Shown here one piece after another: positions 7,298 through 17,241 of a stretch of DNA of 32,000 nucleotides. The notes beneath the pieces were generated by a model. That model was not told the DNA's origin and searched no databases. It worked only from the letters and a program-made list of their open reading frames with translations. This DNA comes from Candidatus Saganbacteria bacterium (lineage in GTDB: Bacteria; Margulisbacteria; WOR-1; JAKLHX01): the NCBI GenBank assembly GCA_026387835.1, contig JAPLKZ010000011.1:30001-62000 (forward strand). The letters are read 5' to 3'. Both the position numbers and the translations under genes were made by a program. Position 1 is the first letter of the stretch. Each line of letters starts with the position of its first letter.

Positions 7298-10057
7298 TTA
7301 ATAGTACCTCCTGCTGATATTTACGAAAGCATTATTAGCTGACTGGAAAACATTCTCCATTCCCCATAAGGAAGCCTTCGCACCTATCTTTCTTATGCGG
7401 TCCAATTTTTCGGCATAGGTGACGGTTGCGGCCCCGGAGCCTGCCACGCGCGCAAATGCCGCTGTTATTGTGGCAAGTTCAGCAGGAGTAACTGCTGGTC
7501 CTGCCGGCAAGTCAATTGGGTTTGCCGGGGCATATTTTGGCAGCACGTTTCCATTTCGGTCTATATATCCGTTGATACGAAGCTGATCGATGAGAACGCC
7601 TTCTCTCTGCCCGGGAGTCCGTGATAATGATGCCGGAGTTATTGTCGCGACCGGGATTGCTGTTATGTCGTTGATCCTGGCGATCAATAATGGTCCCAGA
7701 CCGGTTCTGACAGGTTGTCTCAGCGGCGCCAGCATGTCGTGGAGCGCTGTTTCTTCACGCAGCTTTTCCTTCCCGGCCCTGCCCGTTTCACGGTCCTTTT
7801 TCGGCAGCAAGTCCGAAATATCAAAAGTGTAACTGTAATAACGCTGGTAGAAATCCCTCATCTGTCTCTCAAGCTCGTTGGTCATTCCCATCACTTCAAT
7901 ATATCTATCCGTTCTTTGTTCAGAAGTTTCATCTCTCGGGTCCCTGCTTTTTTCTGCGATCAGGTCCATCATACGGTCTCTTGCCGATTCTGCCAGCTTT
8001 TTTGATCTGGGGCCGAAAAGCGCGAGCGCGAAGCCCTTATACCCCTCATATTTTGCCCTGAGCGAAACTACAAGCGAAGAATTGTCGATAACCGGAGCAT
8101 TGGAATCACTGTGGGCCTGTTTCAAAATGTCTTTTGTTTTCGGTTTAATATCAAGCCAGTCAATTTGACCATCTGTAATATTCGGCCTAAATACCAGAGT
8201 ATCCGCCTTAGGGTCTTCAAAAAGGCCTTTGGTTTTTTCAAGGTCACCCTCATCAGGAATTCTTGATTTCGCAACAGTCCCACGGCCAATCCGTATTTTT
8301 AACATATCGCAACTTCTTATATCCGCGATTTTAGCATCTAATTTATCTCGGTCAGTTATTGTACTTCGTGCTAGTTTCTCTTGTTTTGCCAGTTCTTCAG
8401 GCGATTTGTATGTTTTGCAGAGCCAATAGATCACGCTTTGCGCTCGGTCAAAATTCAAACGGGGTAATTCCGCCCTCACGGATGCAGCGTCTTCGGATGT
8501 GATATCCATTGTATGCACCGTTGTATTTGATTCCTTCAGGTATCTTTTTGAAAGCGAGAGCCCGTATGACTGGTACGCGAGCCAGCCCGCGTTGATCCAG
8601 GAGGCAAGGCTGTGGTATCCGGAGCTGAAAAGACCCGCGGCAAAAATACCAAGAGCGACTTTTTGCGGAAATTGCAGGATATTGAGAAAATTTACCATGT
8701 ATTTTGGCATGTCCGTTTGAACTAGACCCCTGGATGACGAAAACTCGCCGCATGTAGGGTCTTTGCCTTTGTCCACGGCATCGTTGCCCTTTATGATCCT
8801 CGGCAGGTTGGTATTGTTGAGGGCGGGATATTTTAAAAATGTAAATGCCGGGGAAAATCCTTTCTGGGCGCTGAAAAATCCCCAAGATACGCTTTGTATC
8901 CCTATCAGGGCGAATATTGGATAGATCAGGTCTTCCATTGCCCCGAAAAACGCTTTTCCGAGCCCCCCGGTAGCCAGGAACATGACCGGCAGGTAATTCC
9001 TGATGACCTCCGCGTCTACCCATCTGTACCATTGCCATCCGGTTATTTCTTCTGTTATAGCCTTGTATGTCATGCGGATGGCATTTCGCACCCTTAGGTC
9101 AAGAGGATTATACTGGAGCTTGTATTGGTCTTTGATGGCGCTAAACACCATGTCCGGCCCAAGCGCCTGTATGCTTGTGTGGTCGTAACGGTTCCCCTCC
9201 TGGTTCCTGGCTTTGCCTTCCGTATCTTCGATAGCCGTTGAACCGGGAAGTCCGAGAGCTATTTCCTTGCTGCCGTTGACATACCATAGCATATTCTTTT
9301 GCGTCCTGGTGTCTTCGCCGGCCGTGAAAATAAGATCCTCTTTTATCCAGTCTCCGGCTTTGCGCGGGTCAAATACCGGCACATCCGGATTTACAGTATT
9401 CAGGATAGAAAGCACCCCGTTGATCTCAAGCTGATTAAAACACACTCTTTGTAATTCATTTCTTACGGCGGCAATGTCATATGGGTCGCGGGGATCGAGC
9501 GCGGGGTATCTTTGCTGATCCACAAACCCTCCTATTCCGATAATACGCCTATTTGTCAGGGCCGTCCATATTTGAGGCCCTCTTGTTTGTCCAAAAAGAT
9601 CGATGAAAGCCCTTTCTGTTGCGGGCAAAAGCAATTCATGGGGAAGTCTTGTTGAAAAGATCGAATTGGGCATAAAAGTACCCTCAAGATGTTCTTCAAG
9701 CGTTATTACTGCCGCTGTCCCCGTTTCTATCGGGTTTTCCCTGCCGGCATTCAGCCCCCAGCCGAACCTGCCGACGATCTTAGGCGCCCATGAAGGTATC
9801 TTCGACTCGCCGTAATTTTGCTGCGAGATAATTGCCGGATAAAAATTCCAGTCGCGGCCCGCTGAAAATGAGCAGTTCTGCGGATTTTCGATATGGTCTT
9901 GGCTCCTGCCGAACGACGTCTCATCGAACCTGTTGTTCGTTGCCCTGTTCAGGTTCTGCCTTGAGCAAAGCGTTCCCGCGCGGTCAAAGGTCAGGCCGTT
10001 CACCCGGTGGTCCGGAAAGCGCACGGTAAAGCGCGGAAGTATATTATTGCCCGTCAT
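7298..10057 (-). CDS. Uncharacterised large protein with two central hydrophobic segments (919 aa)
   Basis: Long ORF overlapping the upstream gene by 14 nt; hydrophobic stretches YLPVMFLATGGLGKAFFGAMEDLIYPIFALIGI and VALGIFAAGLFSSGYHSLASWINAGWLAY. Confidence 0.9.
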   Translation of the reverse strand: MTGNNILPRFTVRFPDHRVNGLTFDRAGTLCSRQNLNRATNNRFDETSFGRSQDHIENPQNCSFSAGRDWNFYPAIISQQNYGESKIPSWAPKIVGRFGWGLNAGRENPIETGTAAVITLEEHLEGTFMPNSIFSTRLPHELLLPATERAFIDLFGQTRGPQIWTALTNRRIIGIGGFVDQQRYPALDPRDPYDIAAVRNELQRVCFNQLEINGVLSILNTVNPDVPVFDPRKAGDWIKEDLIFTAGEDTRTQKNMLWYVNGSKEIALGLPGSTAIEDTEGKARNQEGNRYDHTSIQALGPDMVFSAIKDQYKLQYNPLDLRVRNAIRMTYKAITEEITGWQWYRWVDAEVIRNYLPVMFLATGGLGKAFFGAMEDLIYPIFALIGIQSVSWGFFSAQKGFSPAFTFLKYPALNNTNLPRIIKGNDAVDKGKDPTCGEFSSSRGLVQTDMPKYMVNFLNILQFPQKVALGIFAAGLFSSGYHSLASWINAGWLAYQSYGLSLSKRYLKESNTTVHTMDITSEDAASVRAELPRLNFDRAQSVIYWLCKTYKSPEELAKQEKLARSTITDRDKLDAKIADIRSCDMLKIRIGRGTVAKSRIPDEGDLEKTKGLFEDPKADTLVFRPNITDGQIDWLDIKPKTKDILKQAHSDSNAPVIDNSSLVVSLRAKYEGYKGFALALFGPRSKKLAESARDRMMDLIAEKSRDPRDETSEQRTDRYIEVMGMTNELERQMRDFYQRYYSYTFDISDLLPKKDRETGRAGKEKLREETALHDMLAPLRQPVRTGLGPLLIARINDITAIPVATITPASLSRTPGQREGVLIDQLRINGYIDRNGNVLPKYAPANPIDLPAGPAVTPAELATITAAFARVAGSGAATVTYAEKLDRIRKIGAKASLWGMENVFQSANNAFVNISRRYY

Positions 10058-12353
10058 TTTCCGCCTCGCTTTCTATGACATCATGCACACCCATAGAAAA
10101 GTTTATATTGTCGGTCCTTCCCAGGGGTTCCGATAAAGGTATCCAGTGCTTTTTGCCGTCTCTGCCGACCTCAACCTGTATCGAGGATGCCGGGCACATA
10201 TAGGCAATGCCTTCTATAATTGCTCCCTGAGGCAGGAAGCTGTTGAGGTCGGGAGAACCAACGTCAATTTTTTCTACAGGATAGAGCATAGCTTTCAATT
10301 CCTGCAGCATTAAGTTCTCCGGGCTAAGGTCTTGCGCGGTTTCCGGGGATTTGTCCGGTGCCCAGCCGAGGAACCTTCCTATTCTCGGCCTGAATTTTTG
10401 AGCCCACTCGCCGCGCGAGTACGGCACATATATGTCATCAGGCGATGTTATATGCGGTTGAAGCGGATTGCCGTACAAAGGCCTGTTGTCATTATCGATA
10501 AGATCTCCGGAATTGACACGAACAGGGATACGGCATCCTTCCATATGAATTATGATCTTGTTCCCGTCCGGGAAAATGGTGTGGCCATTTATCCTGCTCA
10601 TCCTGCCGTATAAAGTTTGCGGCGTAATCGAATAATATATAGGATCTATCAATTGAGAACTTAAAGGGTTGAGCTGTTTTCCCGCAACTGCCGTGAGGGT
10701 CATCTGGTCAGGTGACGGGACCATCTCAATGACCCTGGCCGCGTTCACCGGATTAAAAAGGACCGATCTCATTTTTCTCTGCAGCCGGGAGGTGGAATCC
10801 TTTGTGATTGGATACGCAGTCGTGCCGATCTTTTGTTCTCCGCCGATATCATATCTGTACCTGATAAGGGCAAGCCCGCCTTCGATATCTCTATTTTCTG
10901 AATAACCTCGTGCGAGCAGTGTTTCTTCGGGCGCCCAGTCCCAATATGTTGTCCCGTCGTCCCTTTCATATTTTGCTATTACCATGCCGCCATGGGCTCT
11001 CGCGTCAACGATCCTCGGGAAATCAGGATTTGGCATTTCCGCAAGGATCTCAGGAAAGCAGGTAAGAAGATCGGGATCCGCGGGGGCTTCGGTCCCGTCA
11101 TTTTTTACTATGGTGAGGCTTTCTATCGGCTGGTCTTTCAGCTTTGTGCCGCACTCAAGGCCAAGGCATCCTATCCACGAATGGGGCAGTCTATAAACGT
11201 CCGGAGCGGACCTTTTCCCGGAGAGCAGGATCTGTTTCTTTTCTATGCTCATCTCAAAATCCACGTTCCCTTTGAAATGGAAGGGGCCTGTGATCCTTAT
11301 GGGCAGCCGCGTGTTATATTCTTCCGGTTTTGCGGGATGAAGCCCTTTTACCAGGAAAATAAATTTTAAGCGGCCGGCTATAAAACCGTCTTCTAATTCC
11401 GGGTCTCTTGAAAATAAAGGGCCAAGGTCAACAGTCAGATAGGGTATATCTCCGACCCTTTCAGGAGAAACAAGAAGTTTTATGTCTTTTGCGTCTTTTG
11501 GAAGATAAAGAGGTAAAAGCTCTTCCGGAAGGGCTTTGAAGCCGTCCGCGTTCTCAAACCTGTAAAGCAGTGATCCGTCGCTGGCTGTCACGCATTGTTC
11601 ATGCGTTCCGCTGAATGTATAGACATTTTTTATTACAGGTTCAAGCAGCGCGCGGTTGACCTGATAGGGAACGATGTTCTCTGTGTCGTTTCTGTCTTTA
11701 TAGTATAATAATGTCGATGTTGCCGCGGGCCTGCATATCATGGGCCATCCAATATTAGTGCCATTCGCGTGATCCCGTATCAACTGTAAAAGAGGCATTT
11801 CAAGACACGCGGGAAGATCTACCGCTACGGGACCCCAAGGTATGTTCCTGAATATCCTTGCCACCGGATTGTTCCTGTTTGCCAGTGCCAGCGAGCCGAC
11901 CATAGAGGACGGTTCTTTTGTGATGGCAAAATGCTCCTCGTCCCTTATCATCGGGTAACTGAACAGGGGGACTATCAACGGTTTGTCTTTATGGCAGACA
12001 TCCACTGCATTTTGCACCTGTTGCGGGAATTTCTTTAAATATTCTTGCCAACCGCCCGATTTAAGAGTCCCGGCCTGAAATGGGGTGCTTGCCAGGCGGG
12101 CTTCCATTCCCGGCCTTGCGATGACCGCCGTAACATCGGGAATGCCGTTTACGGCAACACCCGTGATGGGAACCCCGTTGATCCGGAAAAGCTCTTCCAT
12201 TTGGCGGCCTTGAGGCATTACAGAAGCGCTTGCAAATACCGGGTGGCTTGATTGCCTCAAAGGCCTTGTAACAAAATCTTTGGGCACGATAAGGTTCTGG
12301 CACGTTCTTATCCGGTTAAATTGTTGTTCGGTTATTCTTATTTTAATTCCCAT
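10044..12353 (-). CDS. Uncharacterised large soluble protein (769 aa)
   Basis: Long ORF with AAAGG upstream of ATG, beta-rich composition, no family recognised; operonic spacing. Confidence 0.9.
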   Translation of the reverse strand: MGIKIRITEQQFNRIRTCQNLIVPKDFVTRPLRQSSHPVFASASVMPQGRQMEELFRINGVPITGVAVNGIPDVTAVIARPGMEARLASTPFQAGTLKSGGWQEYLKKFPQQVQNAVDVCHKDKPLIVPLFSYPMIRDEEHFAITKEPSSMVGSLALANRNNPVARIFRNIPWGPVAVDLPACLEMPLLQLIRDHANGTNIGWPMICRPAATSTLLYYKDRNDTENIVPYQVNRALLEPVIKNVYTFSGTHEQCVTASDGSLLYRFENADGFKALPEELLPLYLPKDAKDIKLLVSPERVGDIPYLTVDLGPLFSRDPELEDGFIAGRLKFIFLVKGLHPAKPEEYNTRLPIRITGPFHFKGNVDFEMSIEKKQILLSGKRSAPDVYRLPHSWIGCLGLECGTKLKDQPIESLTIVKNDGTEAPADPDLLTCFPEILAEMPNPDFPRIVDARAHGGMVIAKYERDDGTTYWDWAPEETLLARGYSENRDIEGGLALIRYRYDIGGEQKIGTTAYPITKDSTSRLQRKMRSVLFNPVNAARVIEMVPSPDQMTLTAVAGKQLNPLSSQLIDPIYYSITPQTLYGRMSRINGHTIFPDGNKIIIHMEGCRIPVRVNSGDLIDNDNRPLYGNPLQPHITSPDDIYVPYSRGEWAQKFRPRIGRFLGWAPDKSPETAQDLSPENLMLQELKAMLYPVEKIDVGSPDLNSFLPQGAIIEGIAYMCPASSIQVEVGRDGKKHWIPLSEPLGRTDNINFSMGVHDVIESEAENDGQ

Positions 12354-12358
12354 ATATA

Positions 12359-15037
12359 CTACCTTTGAGGATCATAAAACGGATTTCGTACCACAGCTTC
12401 AGATCCTTCCACCGGAGCCCTGTCCACCCTGTCTACGGTCAGTGACGGCTCTATTGTTTCGATGGTCACTAAAACATTTTGAAGGTTCAACTTGACAAGT
12501 TGTGGGGACTTTGCGGCTTTGGCGGTAAAATATTCAAGTCGGTCCTTCCTCCTGAAGTTGGTTATGTTTTCAGTGGTGCAGCGGTCGATCAGATCGAGAT
12601 AGCATTCCCTGAGCTCATTTAGTGACAATTCGTAATTGGGATTTGCGGCCGCGCTCTCGATTTCCTGTATCGTTCTTAATACATCAAACTCGTGCATAAG
12701 TATTAGGGCCCTCATGTTCGTTAGCCAATTTGCTTCGCATGAATCCTGAGTACGAGGGTCGGGTGTGCCGAAGTAATTGTTCTGCCTGCTGCTGAACCAT
12801 GTCCAAACCGCCCCGAGCTCATTTGTCGGATTGTGCCCAATACTTGCATAATGTTGATTGATTAAAGCGCGCCCTTCACCTTCCACGTACGGATAGAGGA
12901 CCTCAAAATATCTGTAAAGGTGGCCTATAAGGATGTTATATTGAACTTCTAATTCTTGCCTTGCCGGAGCCCGGCCATTTAAAGCCGCGGCCCAGTTTTT
13001 AAAACTTTCATATGCAACCAGCGCCGGCCTGGCAAGGAGTTCCTGCTTTTTATTTTCAGCAGCCGTATCGATCTCAAATGTCCTTTTTATCTGGTTGATC
13101 TCTTCTCCTTCCGGCTTAAGTTCAGGCATTGTTATGACCGGCAAGCTTCTTCTTCCGTAGAACCTATGCAGCACACGGGACGGATCATTAAGCCTTGGAT
13201 TTATGATAGGATTGTTGATCAATACCTGCGGCGAACGGCAGGTTCCGCCGATTTTGAGCAATTCCTCGTCGGTCGCATGGACCAGATTTTCCCTGTCAAG
13301 ACACCTTCCGATATCTTGTTGCGCTCCGATGGCCGATCCGGTCTGGTGCGCGTCCTGCCACCTTGCCTTATAAAGCAAGTACATCTGCAGCAATCCGGCC
13401 GGACCGCTTATATATGCAAGATTGTTCCAGAATTCAGGCTGGCACAGGCTGGACGCGAGAGTGAAAACATGGGCTGCTGACAGCGAATACATCATTAACA
13501 GGTAGTTTGATTGTGCCGCCTTGGACGCGCTGGTCATGGAATGCACCAGCCTGTTGGCAAGACGGCTCGGCACATTTCTTGCCGCCGACAGGCGGCTGTT
13601 ATCGGATGCCTTTATCTTGCCAAGGACCCAGGACGAGAACCCCGTGATCCCGGCGGCTTCAAGAAATGTCTTTGTGTTCTCACCCGCAAGGGTGAGAATA
13701 GGGCTGAGCTGGCCGTTATTTTCTCTGGCCCAGAGGCCAAGGCCGACCGCGTCGAGGCCTATCAACCACGGGTAAAGCCTTGTCCCCAGTGTATACGCTT
13801 TATACATGAACCCGTTTGGATCGGCCTTTTTCAGCCTGCCGATAGAAATAAAGGAAAGAGCGGTAAGGGTCGCCATCCAGGAAGCCGCGAACCATTCGGT
13901 GTTCTTGTAATCGACAAAACCTTTCATGACCTCTTTGGCGCCTTCCCATGTTTTCGTGCCTGCGGGCAGGGAAGAAAATATGGCTCCGATCCCGGCCAGC
14001 TGAACATATTTTGAAAACTTTATAAGGCGGTTATTGGCCGCTGCTCCGAGTTTCGAGGTGATGGTCCTGCTGTTTGATGCCAGCTTGTCGAGAATAAAGC
14101 CGCCCAATAAAGCTGCCGAACCGGCTTTGCCGACATTTGAGCCCCAGATGGCGCTCAAAGGCGAGTTGATATATTGGTCATACAAATAGTTCATATAATC
14201 ATAGCCCACTCCGGTATTGTGATACAGGAGGCCCATTCCCGTTATAATAGAGGTCCAGCCGAGAGCCTCAAATATTTTCATGCCTGTGCTGTCAAGCCAT
14301 CTCAAGCTACTCGGAAGCGCTTCGGATGTGTAAAGTGTGCTGGCGGATTTCAAATAATACTTCATTTTCAATAAGGTGCTGGCGACCGCTGTTGTCCCAA
14401 AAGATGCCATCAGTATGCCCAGCTTTCCTTCGGCTGTTCCCCATGAAAGCTTGATGGCATCCCATTTTGATGTCCAAAGCTCTTTTCCGTAATCAGAGTT
14501 TGCCAATATGCCTGCTATGCCTAACGTGGTAAATGAATCTGCCAGGCTTTTTATCTCGGTGCCGGGCTTAAGCCGGTTTACAAGTTTTAGCGCAAGTCCG
14601 GCGGCGGCTTCGGACAGAGCTACCGTAAAGGGAGTGAATAGTTCAGTATTAAAATATTGGTTTAGGTCATTACAATAATACATGCCGGCTGCCATTCCAG
14701 CAGCTGCAACTCCGTACGAACAGGCGGATCTATACCAGTTCCTGTCCCTTAACGGCTGGGCAAATATAGTAGAAACATCAGGTAAAGTAATGCCGACCCT
14801 TAAAAGCTTATCAGGCGTTATTGTGCTGGAAAGAAGAGAAGCATCGAGTGTCGTGAGATTAAGAGTGGTTGGCGTACCTGCAGGCAGGAGCCTGTTTCTA
14901 GTCAGGGCCGTGATTGTTGCAGCATGTTGAGCTTGAGGTATCGTGCGCAAATGATTAGCAAGGCATGTTCTATTGGCGTATCCCAAAGTGCCCATAACTT
15001 TGTCTGAGATCTTAAATCTTAAAGTTCCTGCCGCCAT
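12359..15037 (-). CDS. Uncharacterised multi-pass membrane protein (892 aa)
   Basis: Long ORF with about ten hydrophobic helices (for example FTPFTVALSEAAAGLALKLV, WLIGLDAVGLGLWAREN, LLMMYSLSAAHVFTLASSL); AAAGAGG ribosome-binding site. Confidence 0.9.
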   Translation of the reverse strand: MAAGTLRFKISDKVMGTLGYANRTCLANHLRTIPQAQHAATITALTRNRLLPAGTPTTLNLTTLDASLLSSTITPDKLLRVGITLPDVSTIFAQPLRDRNWYRSACSYGVAAAGMAAGMYYCNDLNQYFNTELFTPFTVALSEAAAGLALKLVNRLKPGTEIKSLADSFTTLGIAGILANSDYGKELWTSKWDAIKLSWGTAEGKLGILMASFGTTAVASTLLKMKYYLKSASTLYTSEALPSSLRWLDSTGMKIFEALGWTSIITGMGLLYHNTGVGYDYMNYLYDQYINSPLSAIWGSNVGKAGSAALLGGFILDKLASNSRTITSKLGAAANNRLIKFSKYVQLAGIGAIFSSLPAGTKTWEGAKEVMKGFVDYKNTEWFAASWMATLTALSFISIGRLKKADPNGFMYKAYTLGTRLYPWLIGLDAVGLGLWARENNGQLSPILTLAGENTKTFLEAAGITGFSSWVLGKIKASDNSRLSAARNVPSRLANRLVHSMTSASKAAQSNYLLMMYSLSAAHVFTLASSLCQPEFWNNLAYISGPAGLLQMYLLYKARWQDAHQTGSAIGAQQDIGRCLDRENLVHATDEELLKIGGTCRSPQVLINNPIINPRLNDPSRVLHRFYGRRSLPVITMPELKPEGEEINQIKRTFEIDTAAENKKQELLARPALVAYESFKNWAAALNGRAPARQELEVQYNILIGHLYRYFEVLYPYVEGEGRALINQHYASIGHNPTNELGAVWTWFSSRQNNYFGTPDPRTQDSCEANWLTNMRALILMHEFDVLRTIQEIESAAANPNYELSLNELRECYLDLIDRCTTENITNFRRKDRLEYFTAKAAKSPQLVKLNLQNVLVTIETIEPSLTVDRVDRAPVEGSEAVVRNPFYDPQR

Positions 15038-15076
15038 AATGAAAACCTCTTTATACTTCTATCCCCCTGCATATAT

Positions 15077-15104
15077 TTATCGATAAAAACTAATACAAAT
15101 TCCA
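15077..15104 (-). promoter_or_regulatory. Bipartite promoter-like motif, copy e2 (proximal)
   Basis: TGGAATTTGTATTAGTTTTTATCGATAA; TGGAAT-N16-CGATA. Confidence 0.55.
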
Positions 15105-15140
15105 CTAAAAGGCCTATATATACGCATATTAGTTTTATAT

Positions 15141-15168
15141 ATCTCGAGAGGTTTTTTGGGGAATTTCA
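15141..15168 (-). promoter_or_regulatory. Bipartite promoter-like motif, copy e (distal)
   Basis: TGAAATTCCCCAAAAAACCTCTCGAGAT; TGAAAT-N16-CGAGA. Confidence 0.6.
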
Positions 15169-15282
15169 CCGAATTTGAGGGAAATAGGAAAGATCAGGCA
15201 CATGGTCTACACCCCCTCAGAGGGGTAGTACGTATCAGATATCTTCATGAGACGAGCCCGAAATCACTTTTATATAATTCAG

Positions 15283-16173
15283 TCACCTTACAAAAAGTTT
15301 TGCCCATTGTATATCCAATAGTCCGATCACTACAGAAAGATATTTATAAGCTAATTCCGTATTTCTTTTCTTGAGAAACGTCTTTCCCGCTTTTGTGGGG
15401 TCTTTCGGGATTTCAGTCTTAGACAGACCGTAAAATTTTGGCACAAATACTTTTCGGTTGATCCATGCAAGGAAAGTAATACTTGCAGGGAAAGAATGCG
15501 GCCTAAATCTTAATAGTGCTTGCTGAATATTTCCGCCTTTCCAAAGCCTAATAATAGAAAAGATATCCGAGAGCGGCGCCGTAAACGATATCTCAGCCTT
15601 TTTTGTCGGGAACCCCTTGTCCAGCAAACACGAGCTTATGGCTATCTCCAACTTGTTTCGCTTAACTCCTATGAATAATGCATGATTCATATAGGGCCCT
15701 TCCATTGTTTCGCCAAATAAAGTGATGCCTGACAGATCTATTAAACACGGAAATTCACGTAATTTCCAGATATCTTCCACCATACCTTCCGGTAAAGCGG
15801 ATTTTACTTTGACAAACGGAGAAGCCGGATCGATCTGTGGAGTCAAAGAAAGAAGCTTTCCATCTACTTCAATACCAATATCCCTTGGATATAGCGGATT
15901 TTGAACCCATACATCCCGAGATTTTCCGCCCTCATGATGAACTTGATCTTTAAGCCAGTAAGAAGCCTCAAAGCAATCGAAGCCGGGATAATATCGGCCA
16001 TCTCGCATTTCTCTTTGAACGCTGCCAATAAGAGCCAGCTTCATAAGTCTTTGTTCTCTTAGAGGAGATATTATTATGCCCGGCATTTTGAACCACGAAG
16101 AATAACCGTATTCATTCTGAGGGAACAATAGTCTCCCCTTTGCTAGAATGTTGTCAATCCTTGCTGATCGCAT
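15283..16173 (-). CDS. Uncharacterised protein (about 296 aa; ORF track gives 317 aa from 16236)
   Basis: ORF; ATG at 16173 is preceded by AGGA and lies downstream of the upstream gene stop, so it is preferred over the 16236 start, which overlaps that gene. Confidence 0.7.
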   Translation of the reverse strand: MRSARIDNILAKGRLLFPQNEYGYSSWFKMPGIIISPLREQRLMKLALIGSVQREMRDGRYYPGFDCFEASYWLKDQVHHEGGKSRDVWVQNPLYPRDIGIEVDGKLLSLTPQIDPASPFVKVKSALPEGMVEDIWKLREFPCLIDLSGITLFGETMEGPYMNHALFIGVKRNKLEIAISSCLLDKGFPTKKAEISFTAPLSDIFSIIRLWKGGNIQQALLRFRPHSFPASITFLAWINRKVFVPKFYGLSKTEIPKDPTKAGKTFLKKRNTELAYKYLSVVIGLLDIQWAKLFVR

Positions 16174-16204
16174 ATTTATCCTGCCCAAAAAAGCGTGAAA
16201 TGTC

Positions 16205-17071
16205 TTATGAAATCCATCCCGCGATTTTGCGCCCAATCAATATCGATATTGCGTTTGAAGCCAAAAATATTGCAGGAAGCTGCCATTTGAGCTCATCGGG
16301 CGTCCAGTCGTTGGTAGCCGACAGAATGAATATATCCGCCAAGGAATTAACGATTGCAAATCCGACTATATGTTTGGCGCTATCGTCATACCGTGCGAAT
16401 CTGTCTGCCATAAGAGCCGTTGATAGTAATATTTTGGCGCCAATCCATCTTGACTGAGGAATTGCGCAAAAAATGAAAAACGGGTTACTTGTTGAAAAAA
16501 AAGAGCCAAAATGAGCGCCGAATTTGTATTGGTCGCGCCCAAAGAAATAATAAGATGTTCCTACCATAGCGATATTAAGCAAATGGGGGAGCGCTATATA
16601 CGCAATATACGAAACCCCACACAAACAATCAAGTATTTTTGTGCCGATACTTTCAGGCGCTTGCGTTAATTTATCAGGAGACTTGATTTTATGTAAATCA
16701 TTTTGTGCTTGCATTTGGTTAATCAAACGAAATGTTGTGTCAATAGTCCTCGTAGTAGCTATCCGAAATAATGATGCTATTTGTTCAGGCGGGGTTCCTT
16801 TAGGGATCTCCATTTCATTGACTCCCGCTTTCCCGAGCAGTTTTGAATATAAAGGCAAGCAAACAGTTGTTTCCGAAAGCTGTGTTTGCGCCGTAATCCC
16901 GGTTTGTGAGGCCCTTATAGTAACATCATTGTTTTGAGCCAGCATCCCTATTTCTCTGCCAAATGATCTATGCACTAGCGGGTGAATAAATCTATTAGCC
17001 AGTAATCCTATCCTGGTGATGCTCCTGTAGTCGGGGTCTATTTTTACAGTTAGCCTGGTCGATGGTACCAT
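16205..17071 (-). CDS. Membrane protein with N-terminal domain shared with 17242..19191 (288 aa)
   Basis: AAAGGAG ribosome-binding site; N-terminal homology (IHPLVHRSFGREIGMLAQNNDVTI...PLYSKLLGKAGVNEMEIPKG) followed by hydrophobic helices. Confidence 0.85.
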   Translation of the reverse strand: MVPSTRLTVKIDPDYRSITRIGLLANRFIHPLVHRSFGREIGMLAQNNDVTIRASQTGITAQTQLSETTVCLPLYSKLLGKAGVNEMEIPKGTPPEQIASLFRIATTRTIDTTFRLINQMQAQNDLHKIKSPDKLTQAPESIGTKILDCLCGVSYIAYIALPHLLNIAMVGTSYYFFGRDQYKFGAHFGSFFSTSNPFFIFCAIPQSRWIGAKILLSTALMADRFARYDDSAKHIVGFAIVNSLADIFILSATNDWTPDELKWQLPAIFLASNAISILIGRKIAGWIS

Positions 17072-17117
17072 GTTAATATCTCCTTTGCGGGCCTGATGCC
17101 TTTATTCGGACATTTAT

Positions 17118-17145
17118 CTATCGGCACCATTTTCGTGAAATTTCA
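17118..17145 (-). promoter_or_regulatory. Bipartite promoter-like motif, copy d
   Basis: TGAAATTTCACGAAAATGGTGCCGATAG; TGAAAT-N16-CGATA, upstream of 17071. Confidence 0.7.
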
Positions 17146-17241
17146 GTTGATTTGATCTGTGTTTAGAAAAGTATGGGGACATGGCAACCCTCTCGGGTCG
17201 GGAATAATCACGACTCGCCGCGATATTACCAACACAAAAAC

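Noticed and set aside
15208-15230. CCCCT-CAG-AGGGG small hairpin after the 15283 stop codon, considered as terminator.
   Set aside because: Only 5 bp with a 3-nt loop and no following T-run on the minus strand; cannot be supported as an intrinsic terminator.
17160-17230. Possible structured RNA or terminator between 17071 and 17242 (GGGTCGGGAATAATCACGACTC-like partial stem).
   Set aside because: Stem has mismatches, no U-tract, and I recognise no riboswitch consensus; insufficient evidence.
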